A stretch of DNA of 63,316 nucleotides, the filler included, from Sphacelaria rigidula (taxonomy: Eukaryota): the NCBI GenBank assembly GCA_964200075.2. It is 4 parts of 4 records of this genome, joined end to end, with 100 filler letters (N's around TTAATTAATTAA, not from the genome) between each part and the next. Parts side by side here need not be neighbours in the genome. Positions count along the whole stretch, not along the records: positions 1 to 15,759 come from CAXNAA020001606.1; 3 more parts are not named here. One strand, written 5' to 3'. How positions within the stretch are numbered: the first letter of the stretch is position 1; each line of letters begins with the position of its first letter. Both the position numbers and the translations under genes were made by a program. Of this stretch, positions 1 through 14,200 are shown in pieces. The notes under the pieces were generated by a model, which was given only the letters and a program-made list of their open reading frames with translations, was not told the DNA's origin and did not search any database.

Positions 1-4
1 GGGG

Positions 5-55
<51 letters not shown>

Positions 56-2693
56 TCGAATGTGTGTGGTCTACACCATTGACCAGAAAAGACGGTGAGG
101 TCCGTGGGACGCAGATATATGTTTGAACGAGAGAGCACAACAGCCACATGACGGGAAGATGCCCGGTGCAGTACGTACAGTAGTAGTGCTCAACGATCAA
201 CTATCAGTCATTCCCGTGTTACAACCTGAAATAACGCTACAATGGTATAATTACGGAAAATACTTTTTGACTTCGGTGATATTTTTCCTTCATTTTTTAC
301 ACACTCGACAGGGACAAGTGTGACGTGTGACACAACAGCTGCGTAGGGTACCCTCTCCTTCTGTGGATATTTCTTCCACTTGTCGGCGGAGCAAAAACTT
401 TGATCAACCTCCGAGAACATGTTGTTTGTTTCAGTCCCGCTGCACCCCTCCACTTTCAATCTCAATAACAACAGTACAACAAGGAGATCAAATGATGTCC
501 ATCCGCCACACACGCGCTCTCCTGGGCGGTTTCAAGTTCCCAACTTATGGTGCCCGAACATGATGTGCTGTCCATGTAGCGACGGCAACGAAACAACCCA
601 TGAAAAAATACGCAGCTTTTTCCAACCCCCCAATCATGGATGTGCACTATTACGCAAAAGCTTTGAATCTGGTCTGAACTGGTCCTGCCATTCGTGTAAC
701 GACGTATTTTGTTCGGACGAGGACCCCCACAGGGACACATGGCACCGAGATCGCTTTCTGTTCGGTTGATTTGTTGGCATTCCTTGCTGTTTGTAACATA
801 ATTCATAACATACAGGGCAGCAAATATAAGGCCATGTCGTCTGGGACTTGGATTTCTTTGGTTGAATTTTTCAGATTTGTAGGCATTCGACACACAGTTT
901 TACGGCCCCCAACAGGGAATACCGCGAACACCTGTCTTGGATACATTGCATCACCTCCCGACCGTTGTGAGAGGAGTCTAGGCTACTATTCCGATTCGAT
1001 TCGCCCCGAGATTCCTAGAACGGCCCATGACCAACTGATCCAACAGGACATGAAAAAGTGTGAACACGACGTGGAAATCTTGAAAATACCACGACGAGCA
1101 CAGACGCTTTACTCTTCATGTCCAGGAGGATTTTTGACCGAAGGCCGGTCTCGACACCTCGAAGCCGAGCGAATCGGAAAAGTCGGCCAGACTCCTCTCT
1201 CAGTAAGATGATGCGAAGTGTCCAAGACACGTGAAAGTGGCGATATTCCCTGTGGGGGCGGGTGGAGGGGGGCAAAAACTGTCAAAAGTCTCAAAACTGG
1301 AAAAATCCGACCAAAAGGAGTCTACCAAAAAAATCCATGTCCCGTAAGAGATGGCCTAATTACAGGATCATAGAGACCATAATTCAGAGGTGCACAACAC
1401 GTGGCCGCGCCTGCACATATTGAATACTCCTCAACATGTGGAGGGATGTTGTACGAGAAAAGACACCTGTAAACCTCGTCAGTACAGATCCCGCATCTCC
1501 CGCTCATGCGAATTTGAAAAAAGTACATGAACCCCACCCCGCCATATCACGCGAACAAGAAACGCGTAGATGGCTGGTGGCTAAACGGCGCCCGCGACAA
1601 TGATGAAGCGTGGATGGGCACGGTACCTTCTGCCCGTGTTCTCTAGGTGCATGAAACACACGACTGTAGCAGTCTGCAGGGGAGGGTCGAGCTCTTTTGG
1701 CGAGAAAAATGAGTAACTCATCGACTGTCAGCCACCGTATGGTCGGTATGTTGAAAAGGCATCACATGATCTCCACTTGAAGAGTGAGCGGAAGACCCGT
1801 GATGACCCACCCCTTCGATCACGGGGTTTTCGCCTATTTTTGTCATTGGCGAGGTGGCGAGGTTTCATTCCGTGAGTGTTCTCTTGCTCATCCCAACAAG
1901 AAACGAAGATCAACCCGAATTTCATCAATTGAACAGGAAAGCCACACGCCATGTACGTGTATTTATATCGCGCGATAACTTCTTCTTTCCCCTCCCCCAA
2001 TACACGCACACAAGCCAGTCGGTGTCATCCCATGCGCGACGATCTACCGAAGGAGGGCGGGAAACCAGATCTGCTGGCGAGGGATATCTCTCGGGAGTTC
2101 TTGTAGTGGTCTCGTGGCGTGACGGCGCTACGACATGAATGGGAAGGAGTGGAATTCGCCCAGCCAGTTATGTTTGCTGAATCAAAATCATAACAAATTT
2201 GGCGTTTTCATATCAACTTCTCCCGTCGAGAAGTGTCGCACGTCCACCCGACACCATCCGCTCAAGGTCGAACTGAAAGTAGGAAAAATGAACTTGAAAC
2301 GCGGCGGATCTCCTTCCAACGTCGTGTAGTTGGGGCATTCACTATTCAGAGGGTGACAGTACCGTACAGTTGAGCAGCTGGAAGGCCTCATTTGAGGAGG
2401 TAGAACACGGGCCGGAGGTATCGCACGCATGCCTCACGAGGGCACGGAGGAGGCCAAAAAAAGTTCAGCGAAAGTGCGCAGCAACAGCTACATGTATACA
2501 GAGTATGGTATAAGAGAGAAATCAACCAAACTATCAACTGTTGTACCGGCATTTTCACAGACCCGGGGGACCGACAGTAAAAACGAACTTGGGGTGATAG
2601 ACTGGACAGACCGCATGTAGACATCACCATCACCAAAAATCGCATAACAGTGCGGTCATCAAAGGACACACACGCACACACGATGAAACTCAC

Positions 2694-2963
2694 CAGGTCT
2701 TGCTCCTTAGTAGCGAATCGCAGCTTATCCGGCTTGTGCGCGAACGGCGGTTTCCAGCCAGACGGTGGGCAGATGCGACACACCCCATACCTCTCTGCCT
2801 CGTCTCTGATAGACGCTATGTACTTGAGGGGCTCCTCAAACTGCTCCGCAGTGGGGTAGTAGCAAGGTGCCTCGACTATTCCCTCTAGATGATGCTGAGC
2901 CTGCTGCTGCGGCAGTAAGTTGTCGTCGTGGGCCATCTGACAGTCGTCGCGATCGTGCTTCAT
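2694..2963 (-). CDS. First coding exon of a JmjN-domain histone demethylase (KDM5/JARID1-like); remaining exons not found on this contig
   Basis: Translation EAPCYYPTAEQFEEPLKYIASIRDEAERYGVCRICPPSGWKPPF matches the JmjN consensus (P.FYPT.EEF.DP..YI..IR..AE.YGICKI.PP..WKPPF). It ends at a canonical CTG|GTGAGT donor (intron begins 2693). Confidence 0.88.
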
Positions 2964-3554
2964 CGGGCGCTACTGCACAATAGTGCCTACACGTAAAAAC
3001 CAAACCGTAAGATAGTGTAGGCTATGTACGTATCTACCTACTCAAAAATAGATGCCAGCCCGACCCTCTGTCTTCGATAAAAAGGCCTCGCCGTGGGTCG
3101 AGTAAATACACTGTTGCCAGTACACTACAAAACAGCACAACAGTACACGACAAGGCGCTTCTTCCCTTCCGCCACACCAACAAAACCGTCTCCGTCGGAA
3201 TGCGCTTGGGATAGGGGTGCCACTCAGTCCCTACCCCACGCCAACAGGAAGTTCTGCTCTATGTATGTTTGAGTGTGAAGCTTGTAAACGACCTTCCTTC
3301 CGCTTCGCCCCCTCTTGTCTATGCAATCTAATTTGAGCCGAGACTACGGAGATGCGCGGGTCTGAGCGACATTATTTTATGTCTTGGCATAAACTATTCT
3401 GAAAAGTATACCCATGTACCCACTACTTCATATTGGGATACCCGCAATCTCCGTCGTGCAACAGCGGGCATCCTGCGTACGGTACTGTCTGTATTATTGT
3501 CTATCTGTGGGCAAATAAACGTGGGAGGGCGGTTGCCGGCTCAGCACGGTTGAT
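2964..3554. promoter_or_regulatory. Probable bidirectional promoter between divergent start codons
   Basis: About 590 bp separate the JmjN ATG (2963, minus) and the putative ATG at 3555 (plus). Positional inference only; no motifs identified. Confidence 0.35.
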
Positions 3555-6500
3555 ATGATGATGTCAACGAAACGGGCGGCGGCCATTTTTTGCATGCTCG
3601 GCAGCGGGAGTAGCGGAGGGGGCTCGCTACCATGTGCTGGGTTTGTGATTATGCCACCTGCCGGCCTGGCGGGGCAGCAGCGAGGAGGTGCAACTCTGGT
3701 GAACACAGGTGATTATGCTCCGTATCCCCCCTGGGTCATGATGGCAAGGTCCCTGCTAGTGCCACAGTAAGGAGTCTGGGGAAAGCGCGAGCTAAGCACG
3801 GCGACCAGATTCACATCCCATGTGGATAGTTTCTGTTGCGCTTTCTCGACCCTAGGAGGTTGAGGAGGGCAAAATATCGTGTGTGCGTTGAGTGTAGAGT
3901 CAGCACACGTACGACATGTATTTGGCGTCGATTGAAGTACTGTTTGGACGGGGGAACGTATGATCTACGATGTGCCTGCTGCTCGAACGCCGACGACGGG
4001 TATGGTTTGCTGCGCGTAGGATACAGGTGACCACGCTGCCCTTGACCACTTCAAACCACTTTTGGAAGCAACTAGCGCTCAAGATGGACGGGTAGAGATA
4101 TCTGTGTGTTCAATGCATGCGATAAAGGAGACACCGTGGTACTTGGGGGGGCAGGGAGCATCGAGTCCTTGGTCCACATACTGTACTAAACTGTTAGGTT
4201 CTGTCTGTGCTGTACCCGCCACGTTGCAGCAGGAACACGCCAGCCTCTGTTCACTGCCTCTCACACACCCCGCCGTCCGTGGGCCGCGGAAGAGGAATGT
4301 AGACTAGTTTTTACTGACACGGAGAATACGATTAGAGTGTAGAGTACGTGCAGTCCCTCCAGTAGCTATCAGTGCTTTCGTACTCCATCGCTCTCCTTTA
4401 TGGGCGCACGGGTCGGAGTCGCGATTCTTCGATGAAAAATGGTTGCCGTACACACAACAGTACAGTTGTGTACGGGTGCGTATCAGAAAACTGAAGCAAG
4501 AGTGTTTCGCTGTCCTCTTGCGGGCAGACGACACAGTACAGTACGGTGCGATGTTGCAGACACGCAGAATGGGTGGCTTGTTAGCGCCGCGCGACTCGTG
4601 GCATTGAGATATGGGCGCGAAGTCGGGGGGCGGGGGGAGGGGGGGGGAAAGAGCGGATTGTCATCGTGGGCGGTGTGGTACGGGAAAGGAGCTGCAACAG
4701 GCCAACACCACCANNNNNNNNNNGGGGGGTGTGGTGTGGGCGGGTGTGGGGGGCATTTGGGGTGTTGGCTAGTGGGGGGGTTGCTGGGTTAGTGGTGTCG
4801 AAAGAGCGGATTGTCATCGTCATCGTCGTCGTACGATAAAGTAGCTGCACCAGTCCAACACCACCAAGGTTTTGATATGATAGCCCCGTATACGCTCCGG
4901 GACAGTCGTACACGTGAAACGAGCTGCAAAACCTCACCGACAGTACGGTATACTGTAGTATCAGCGTTCGGTACGGTACACCCAGTCAGCACAAAACAAT
5001 AATCCGCGTTCGGTACGGTATTCGATGTTTATCTTGAGTTACGCATAACAATTGGTCCTTGAGTTGAAGGCACGAAGTAGTGAACTACTGTCGTGCTACA
5101 ATATGCGAGCGTGTTGTGGAGTATGAAAAGCACACTCGCTCTTCTCGATCGGATCCTGTTAGGGTGTAAAGCGGGGTGAGGTTGGAAGCGGAAGCTCTCG
5201 GGTAATAACGTCCGGGAACATTGGATTGGCCGATTGATTTATCGTCGCACACTACCTGATTCGCGACGTCTCCAGCCGTGGTCGCACGATATACGCGTAC
5301 CGAAGGTAAATACTGAGGGGGGGGCGACTCCCTGAAGGACTTGTGGGAAAGGAAACTGTTTTGAAAAAAATGCAACGGAGTAAAACCTGCGAAAAAAACT
5401 ACATGAAACGCCAGGCCAAGATCTACTGTACATAGTTGCACGTGTACAGTTGTAGTACTCGTATCGGTCCCATGATGAGAGGAAGAAATATCAGGCCTCC
5501 ATGACTTCAGGCATGATATGTCGTCCGCGCGAAACCGTTTCAACGAGAGCACTGGCGTTGTTCCGTTGCATCACTCCCAGCATCTGATAATGGCCGACTA
5601 TACCAAGGTTGTGTTCTGTAGAGTACGGATTTCTGTATACCCGGGGTATTTTGCCGGGTAGTTGCTGTACCCGACAGTTCTGTGACTTCTGTGAGACTCT
5701 CATTCCGGTACCCGAAAGTCCTGTATACTCTCTAAGAAGTCATACCCTTACCCGATAGTTCTGTAATCCCTGTAAGCCTCCCGAACCGTTGCCGGGGGGC
5801 ACGGGTACGCTCGTGATATGATACCCGGTTGCGGGTACGGTTTTCTGTGCAACCTCCATACCCTACCCGACAGTTTCTGTGAGTTCTGTAAGCCTCTCAT
5901 ACCCTTACCCGACAGTTCTGTGAGTTCTGTGCAGAATGTCCACCCGTACCCGGAGTGCGGGTATGCTCTTGAAGGATACCCGATTGCCAGTACCGGTTTT
6001 CTGTAAGCCTCCCATACCGTACCCGATAAGTTCTGTAATTTCTGTAAGACTTTCATCCAGTACCGGCACCCGACAGTTCTGTGAGCTCTGTAAGCCTCCC
6101 ATATATTCACCCGGGGTTAGGTTATACCGTTATAGATATACCCGATTGCAGGTATGAGCACAGGTACATACGTTGGGGAGGCACGGATATGTGTTTAATC
6201 TAAACACAACCTCATGACCTGAACATGTACCTCCCATCGATCAACCCACCCAACTCCTTCATTNNNNNNNNNNCCACCCAACTCCTTCATTCAAAACTGC
6301 ACACCAACAATAATTCAATGTTGAAAAGCTCTTTAGTTTGGGCTCTGGCGGGATACGAGGTACCGCTGAGTGGAAACACGAAACATGAGCAGCACTGCAG
6401 GTCGTCAGAATGGATCACCCCTAGACTCGAGTGGTGACTGGAGCGGGGATGGTTCATCTGCGCCACCAGGGGACCAAGTAGCAAGACGGATGTCATCGAC

Positions 6501-8198
6501 GTTGATGGTGGTTGTGCCGTGGTCATCAAACCCCAGGCCGTTCTCGACTTGTACAGCACGGAGTATGAGCTGCCACCGCAAGTCGTCAAGGCCGTCGGCG
6601 ATTTTGTCGCATCCCGAAGGGATTCCAGAAAACGGCCAGCCGTGAATGCTCCTTCATGTACTCTCTGGGAGTGTACGTGAAGCCAATAGATGTTAACGAT
6701 CCCGTGCACATGTACTACTGCGATTGTTCGCGCAGTCTTTCTCTATCAACCCCGTGAAGCCGTTCAGAGTTTTCGTGAACTGTCATCTTCTGTATTCCGC
6801 AACTGTTGTTGTGACGTGGGTCCCACGACAGGGGTGATGATAATACGAAGGTTGTGTTTTGTAGGGTACGGTTTTCTGTATACCGGGCGTACTTTGCCGG
6901 ATATTTACCGTACCCGACAGTCCTGCAAACTCTGTAAGAACTATATACCCGCACCCGATGGCTCTGTGAGTTATGTAGGCCTCCCGTATCGTTGCCGGGG
7001 GAAACGGGTATGCTCTTGATGAGATACCCGGTTGCGGGTACGCTTTTCTGTGCAACCTCCATACCCTACCCGACAGTTTCTGTGAATTCTGTAAGCCTCC
7101 CATACCCTTACCCGACAGTTCTGTGAGTTCTGTACAAAAACTTTACCCTAACCCGAGCGGCGGGTATACCCTGAAAGAGTTACCCGATTGCCGTTACCGG
7201 TTTTCTGTAAGCCTCTCATACCGGTAACCGACGATTCTGTAAGTCCTGTAAGGAATCTCATACCCTACAGAACGTACCCGTACCTTACAGAACACAACCG
7301 TGGGCTTTACCTCGGCGCCTCGATGGTGTAACTGATACATGGCGCATCCGGTTGGGGTGGAGTTGAGGGTTCGAATCCCAGCATACACCTTTTTTATGAG
7401 CGGGTACCTGGTTGCCATTGAAAACGTGAGGACGTGAGTGGCATGAAAAATGAACAAAATTCAATGTGCAGGTCGGGTGGGCATACCCAATACTCGATAT
7501 TTTGAAACACTTAACTCTTAGTACCCAAACGTTTTTGGGTAGAGTCTTGACATCGCACCCAATCTACCAAAAAATGGGCAGAGTAGTGTAGATCGTCGTA
7601 CCCAACATACCCAATTTTTTGGGTAGTGAGGTCATACCGAAGTAAAACTTCATACCCAGCTATTGCTGAGAGTGCTTTACCCAAATGTGGGTAGAGTATA
7701 TGAGGTCGTACACAATCTACTCTAACCTCGGCAAGAACCGGGCATTTCACCCGAGTTTTCAAAAATACGTACCCTTCCCGACCTGCCCTTGGCTTTTTTT
7801 ATCGAAAACATGCAGAGGAAAGGTACGAAGGGGCACTCGACTCCTATTTTGCAGACCACCACGCCAGATACCACCCGTTCACAGAATTATGCAAACCCCA
7901 CGCAACTCATTTTCAGCTACCACCGCCACCCTGCAGCATGAAGCACGAGTTGGGCACAGGGATGGATACACTGCAGTTGATTATGCTCGAGCCTCTTCTT
8001 TCATGGTATGGATCGGCGATGGAACTGCGTGGTGAAGTGGACTTCCGCGACGTGCGTACACTCACGGACGTTGCAGACAGTACAAAGCTGTACCTTGTTC
8101 AAGCCCTTTTCATGTCCCTCTGTCAGCAGAGAGAAAAGATAGTCCCGCGCTGTCTGCACTGCATATTGCCCACTTCTCCTTCACATCCTACTGTACCG

Positions 8199-8243
<45 letters not shown>

Positions 8244-11200
8244 AGGCACACTGTAGGCACACAGCGAAGACAATACGGTACTGTACTGTAGAAAAGAGAA
8301 CAAGTACCGCTTCACGAATTTCACAGTCTTTTTTCGCTCGAAAGCTTGCAAATTCGCTTGGACCCAACTCGCAAGAAACTAACGAATTCGCTCAAATCAA
8401 ATACACCGCACTTTTTCTTCGATCGAAAAAGTATGCGCTACGACACGCAGTCTTACCCACTACTCCGGTATTTTTGTGGAGTATTGAAATCGTACCCAAT
8501 CTACAATCTACCCAAAAATTGGGTAGAGTATTGAGGTCATACCTAAGTGGCACTCTATACCCAGGTATTTCTGGGAGTGTATATGTTGTGTTGTCCCATT
8601 TATTCTGGACGCCGGTCTACACATTCCGGTATGTGTGGGCGCACCAGCCGGGGTCACGCAGGAGTAGGGTAAACGCCGGAGTTTTTTTCTTTTTTCTTTT
8701 GTTTTTAGTACTCCGCCTTCCTTCCTTATGCGGTGCTTGCCTTTATTTTTATCGCCGAAGGGGTGCAGCAGTCCCTTTCCCTAGTCGACTATGAAGTCGA
8801 ATGTTGTGTACCCACGACATAGTCGCTCTCCACTGTTGGGCATGAGAAAAAAATCCCAGATCGCTCCGAGATTTTGAATCCACGATCCAACCTTCAGAAG
8901 GTTTCGAGGTTACCAACTGAGCCACCGGGGCGACCAGAGGGTGCTTTACCCAAATTTGGGTGGAGTAGTCGAGGTCGTACCTAATCTCCCCGACATCTGA
9001 GAGGAGTATTTAAGGTCGTACTCAATCTATCCAAAAATTGGGTAGAGTATTGAGGTCATACCCAAGTGAGACTCTGTACCAAGGTATTGCGGAGAGTGCT
9101 GACCCAATGTTTGGGTGGAGTATTCGAGGCCGTAACCAATCTACCCGAACCTTGCGTAGAGTGAATACCCGAGTATTTCGCATGAGTTTTCATGAGTACA
9201 TACCCTTCCCGACCTGCCTTTGCAAAATCCGACGAGATGCGAAAGTGCTGATGTAAGCCGCAATACCATATCAAAACGCTCAACACGTGTAGCTTTTTGC
9301 TTGAATGAAAAGGTCATATTTCACAGAATGAGTTCGCCTCAACCCGGTAAAACCGCGTATTAGATTGCCAAACATGCGCAAACATGCGCGTACCCCAGCT
9401 CGTCTTGGTTGATGGCTCAATGCATCTCGCTGCTGTGTTGAAAACATGGCTCGCATTTCAAGAGCCAAGGAATGGAACAAACTGTTCATTTTTGTCTGGC
9501 TCGTTGACAGGGGTCATGAGGCTGTGGTGACAACGGTGCTCGTGTCAACCGATAGCTGTATCGCTGGCAGACTTTTCGCTCGAAATCTATCCATAGACCT
9601 GTGTACTCCTTCGGCATCCTTACAGGCTATTGCAGCCCGAAAAGAATCGTATTTCGAAAGTGATGGGCATGGCCAAGGTTCACGATAACCTAGACTTTTA
9701 CGGTGACACGCGAATTTCCGATGAAGCCGCAGATCGTTCATCTTAATCCGTCACCCGGGGGTGTTCGTTTATAGAGGAGTATACAGCCAACCCTGATTGA
9801 GCGGTGAAAATAGCATCATGGCGCCAAAAATATCAGAAGATCTGTCACCATGGGTCTCGCTGAGGGGGTGGTATTCAGCGTATGGTGTATTTGTGCCGTA
9901 TTGTGTCAACACACGGTATCCCCCACCTATCAATCACCAAGCACACACTCCTCTATACATATTTACTGAAAGTATTCTCACAAAAGGGAACGAACTTCAT
10001 GACCCCTTCACGGCCGTTTGCGCACGTCCGCAGGAGACGTGAGGCATCACTCTGCAGCGAGCTCAAGGGCATCATGTCGGGTGCGACCCGTTTGCGGTCG
10101 GCGCAGCGGTGGCGTTAACGACAATATTGACACAGCAACAGCGGGATTGGGTCGCGTTGGGCAGCGCGTGGGTAAGAGGCGATTACTCCAAAGGCTGTTC
10201 ACGGCGAACGCCGGAGGTGTGGGGGAAGGGGAACTGGGGGAGGGAGGGCCAGCGTCGAGCGGTGAAGCGGGTGAGTTCACGAGTATGTTAGTGAAGATTT
10301 GTGTTTCTGATAAATAGGTTGATGATGATTGATGGGTTGATGGGCTGAATGTTGCGCATTACTGATCCGTTATGAATCCAGACGTTGGGACAAGAAAGGT
10401 GTAAAGTAACTGCATGCGCGTGACCCATCTTCATAATAGTCATTGAAGTGATTTTTCCGGGTGTTCTGTGTGAAAGAACGAGTAGCTCATGGATGAGTTG
10501 AACTACTCTAGTGATCACTATGCCTGTTTTTACATCCGACGCCCCTGCTTAGAAGCCCCGAAACTGCTCGACTTGGCATTTCGTCATTGTTCGTCTCTGG
10601 CCGGGCTATCGTCATACTTCATGATGAGTAGACGCGGCACACGGCGCGCCACCACAGTCAGTCTTTTAGGTGACCCAGTGTTGCCCTTCAGCAAGACTTG
10701 TCCACTGATTATCTACGGGACGTATCAATGGCCCCGTGACGCCCCACTGAGTAAGAAGCTTAGTTCGAACGCCCACAATTCTGGGTATGGCGAAACGTAC
10801 CCACTGTACGTGAGTTTCTGTCACAGTTTGACGTCTACAGTCTGGTTGCCCAATCTCAGCTTGGATGGAAAGATCGCACTTGCCGGACAAGTCATGACTT
10901 TGACTCGGTGAATTGTACAGCTTGCTCAGTAGGAAGAGTTTCCCCTGAGTTATTCCACATGACTCAGACAGTGAAAATAGGTAAACGCTGAGTTATACGG
11001 TATAACTCAGCAACTGAGTTGTTCGAAAAAGAGTTAAATGGAGTGTCCTGATGTGTGAGAGATTGCACATCATGAGCTACCTCAATATTACTTGTTATTT
11101 GTGTACTGATCCGAATCATGACCTGTAGTAGCTCATTTGGCCCCCTTTTCCATATTCGCTCCCTGCAGACCTGGACGCCGAGCACGCGAAGGAAGTAGCA

Positions 11201-14200
11201 CAACGGTATTGATATCGCTTTGGTTTCTCGAACCCTGCTGCCATGTATCTCGTGTTTTCGGACGACGAACCTCGAGAATCTCCTTCGATTAGTTTTTTTA
11301 TGTAGATCATGAGCTGTCCGGCGTGTGACACACTGCAGCTCGCGTATGAATTGGCTCGTCGTACCGTGAATGGACTGTATGGTTTTCAAGTAGACATCGA
11401 TGCTATATGTTTTTTCTCGGGATATATTGTGGGTGTCCACGTCTCGCTTCGCCGCCCGTGTACGGGCGGCGATGGGCCTGAACCCAAGCTCATTAGTCGC
11501 TGACATCAACGTGCCTGGATCAGCGTAGGGCCTGCTATCATTTGGTCATACTGAAGATATGGGGACTGGTCGCCGACGGCACCGATTACGTCCAAAACGG
11601 CACCCTGCACGAGGTCCCGGCATACCCATGGGAGTTCTGTAACTGTAGTCAGTCGAGGTGTAAGCACTAGCGCAGCAGGTTGTGAACCGTCTGTGCCTGG
11701 CTTCCTCTTTGCAGGGACCTACCTACCGGTTTGACCATTATCAAGACCCCTCCTATTGACAACTCAAAATGCCACATAACCCCTGCTGACCTCCGTCCCA
11801 TTTGGCATGAAAACTGAAGTAATCACTTCCTCAACATCGACGGAGTTGCTGGATCACACCGCTGTAGCCAGGGCGGATTCTGTGAGTATCATTTTTATCG
11901 AATTCCAAGAACCCTACAGAAAACTCGCGTCCGTCGTCAGATGTCATCGTTGTCCATCCCTGCCCGGTTATCATCATATTTCTCACTGACTAGATGCCGT
12001 AAACTGCGTTTTTCACGAAAGTCAGTCTATCTCACATCCACCACTCTCACCCTCCCTGTAAAACCCGCCCAGTTGCTATCCACGACACGTATCAAGCGTC
12101 TCGTGACACCCCACTGGGTAAAAAGCTTTCCCCTGATCGCCCGCAGTCGTGGGTACGGTGCAACGTACCCGCTGTCCGTGAGCACCTCCCATATTGGCGC
12201 ACGATTGCAAATTGCTACGATCGCAACGCAGTGCATGGACCCGAGACACGCGAGCGACGGAAGGCCGAGCAACGTCAAACACGGGCCGTTAACGAGGGGT
12301 CACGGCATTGGGTTAACTGGTAGATAGGGTCCTGTACTGATGGTCACGGCAGGGGGTGAACTGATAGCCAGGGTCCTGTATTGGTGAAGAACCTGCTACA
12401 AACGGTGCACAACTTGCTGCGGTAGTAGTTGTATATTTATTTCTCAGCCATTTTGTTGCACAACTGCTATAGGTTGGCCGGGATATCATTCACACCGCCG
12501 TTCTTGACCTCACGGGTGCTATCGGCGACTATATTAGCGCTCAAATCTTCTCCATGGCCAGGCGCTGCGCTGGCCTGGGCACGCTTGATGTCGCCGAGGT
12601 CGGTATCAGAGAGCGGCACTCGGATGTTGTCTGTGTGCGTGTACGTGTATACAACAAACAGTAATGGCGAGCTGGCAAGGCACCTTCATGGGTTTTCATA
12701 ATCGCAATCATTTGTCGTACCCTGGGTGGGAGTCTCTAACCTTTCGTTGACTGCTCGTGTCCCAATCCGAGGATCATTCCAGTGACGCCCAGGGTGCTAC
12801 TGCTCGTATTTGCGTTGCTCGGCCTTCCGTCGTCTAACTTTATTGGGGTCGTTCGCAAATCATCAGCCGTCGTTGTAGCCCGGGGGGAGGGATCTTGGAA
12901 TCGTTGTTGGCCTTCTTCTATTCCGAGAAGAAGTCTAAAGTCGGCCGGCATGCCGCTGTCCGCGTTTGGCGTTGCTCGGCCTTCAGTGGTTGGTTGAAGT
13001 GATTCCGAATGATTTTTTGTTTATATATATATATTATTATTTTTTCTTCAAAATATCGCCCGAAAACTTGAACAGCTGTAGTCCAAGCAATGTCAAACGC
13101 GGACAGCAGCATGCTCCACGATTTGGGGATTATCGGAACAAACGAGGGCCAACAACATGAGGAAGACTCCCACCCCGGCTGCAACGACTGATGTTAACCG
13201 TGATGACCAGCTGGCATGTGTCCATGCCGGGCGGAATCCAAGATTTAAAGATGTGGTATATGTCGAGGGTGTTCCTGCAATCAACGCAAAATCGAAAGGA
13301 GCTGTCTTTGCCCGCCGCTGTACAAATGGGGATTCCCACGAGCTCGGGCGGTCGTCGATGATATCCCACTTGATGCATACTGGCATCCAGTAGGTGGGCG
13401 TTTGTAGAAGTATAGATGTTCCCGGTAGGAAAACATAACTCCATGTAGGTCAGATGGTCCCATTTTCGACCGATATATCGGCAGTTTCAGTGTACCCCCC
13501 AAAAACGTTCTTGATATCCAATACTTGGAAAGTATACAGGACAGGTCCAACGGCTGGCTATAAATGCTCAGACTGGCGAAGTATTGGCAAACGGGCGACA
13601 CATGTGTAGTTTTTTTCTCAATGCGAAGAAGTGACCCATCGTGTACTAAGAAGGCGATCGAGATTTATGCGCCCATATCCATGGGAGCGTGCATAGTCGT
13701 GATGGTCAGTACAATCCTGTCATACAGATGTACCGCAATATCATTCCTGTTGTTGATGCAGTGGATCGTTGTTTGGGGGTTGCGGGAGACGTTGAGATTG
13801 GTGGTATCGACCCGCATGGAGTGGGGATGGGGGTCTCGAAAAGTCCGGAGGCTCGGTCTGTGCTTGCGCAGACCAGAGCCAAAGGCGATATGCGCCCCCT
13901 CGGAGGGGCAGTGCGGAGCGGGAAAAAATGGGCTCCTCCACTTCAAAATACCCTCAAAATTAGTTACAATGTTGGTATTTTTCATGGCGAAAGAGAAAGG
14001 ACCTCCAAACAATATTCAACTCCGGCGACAAATGCCGCAGTTTTTTTTCCGCCCTCGGCGAAATGACTGCGGCCCAAAATTCATTTCTGCGGCAAGCCGC
14101 AGATAAGCACATCGGGGCTCTGCGCTGCGCGCAGATTTTCCTAAATATCTGCGCTGCCGCAGCGCCGCATGCCTTTTTTGATACCCTGGTGGGGATGCAC

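Noticed and set aside
1-53. Poly-G runs (also near 31256-31303 and the window end) as functional G-quadruplexes
   Set aside because: Homopolymers at or near contig edges have unreliable length and are probably assembly breakpoints.
6370-6680. Coding-looking frame with in-frame TGA (possible selenocysteine)
   Set aside because: No family recognised and no SECIS evident; it lies among repeats and is more likely decayed sequence.
7938-8291. ORF as an exon of the plus-strand gene
   Set aside because: Runs into a CA microsatellite, has no clear donor, and is not needed for phase continuity.
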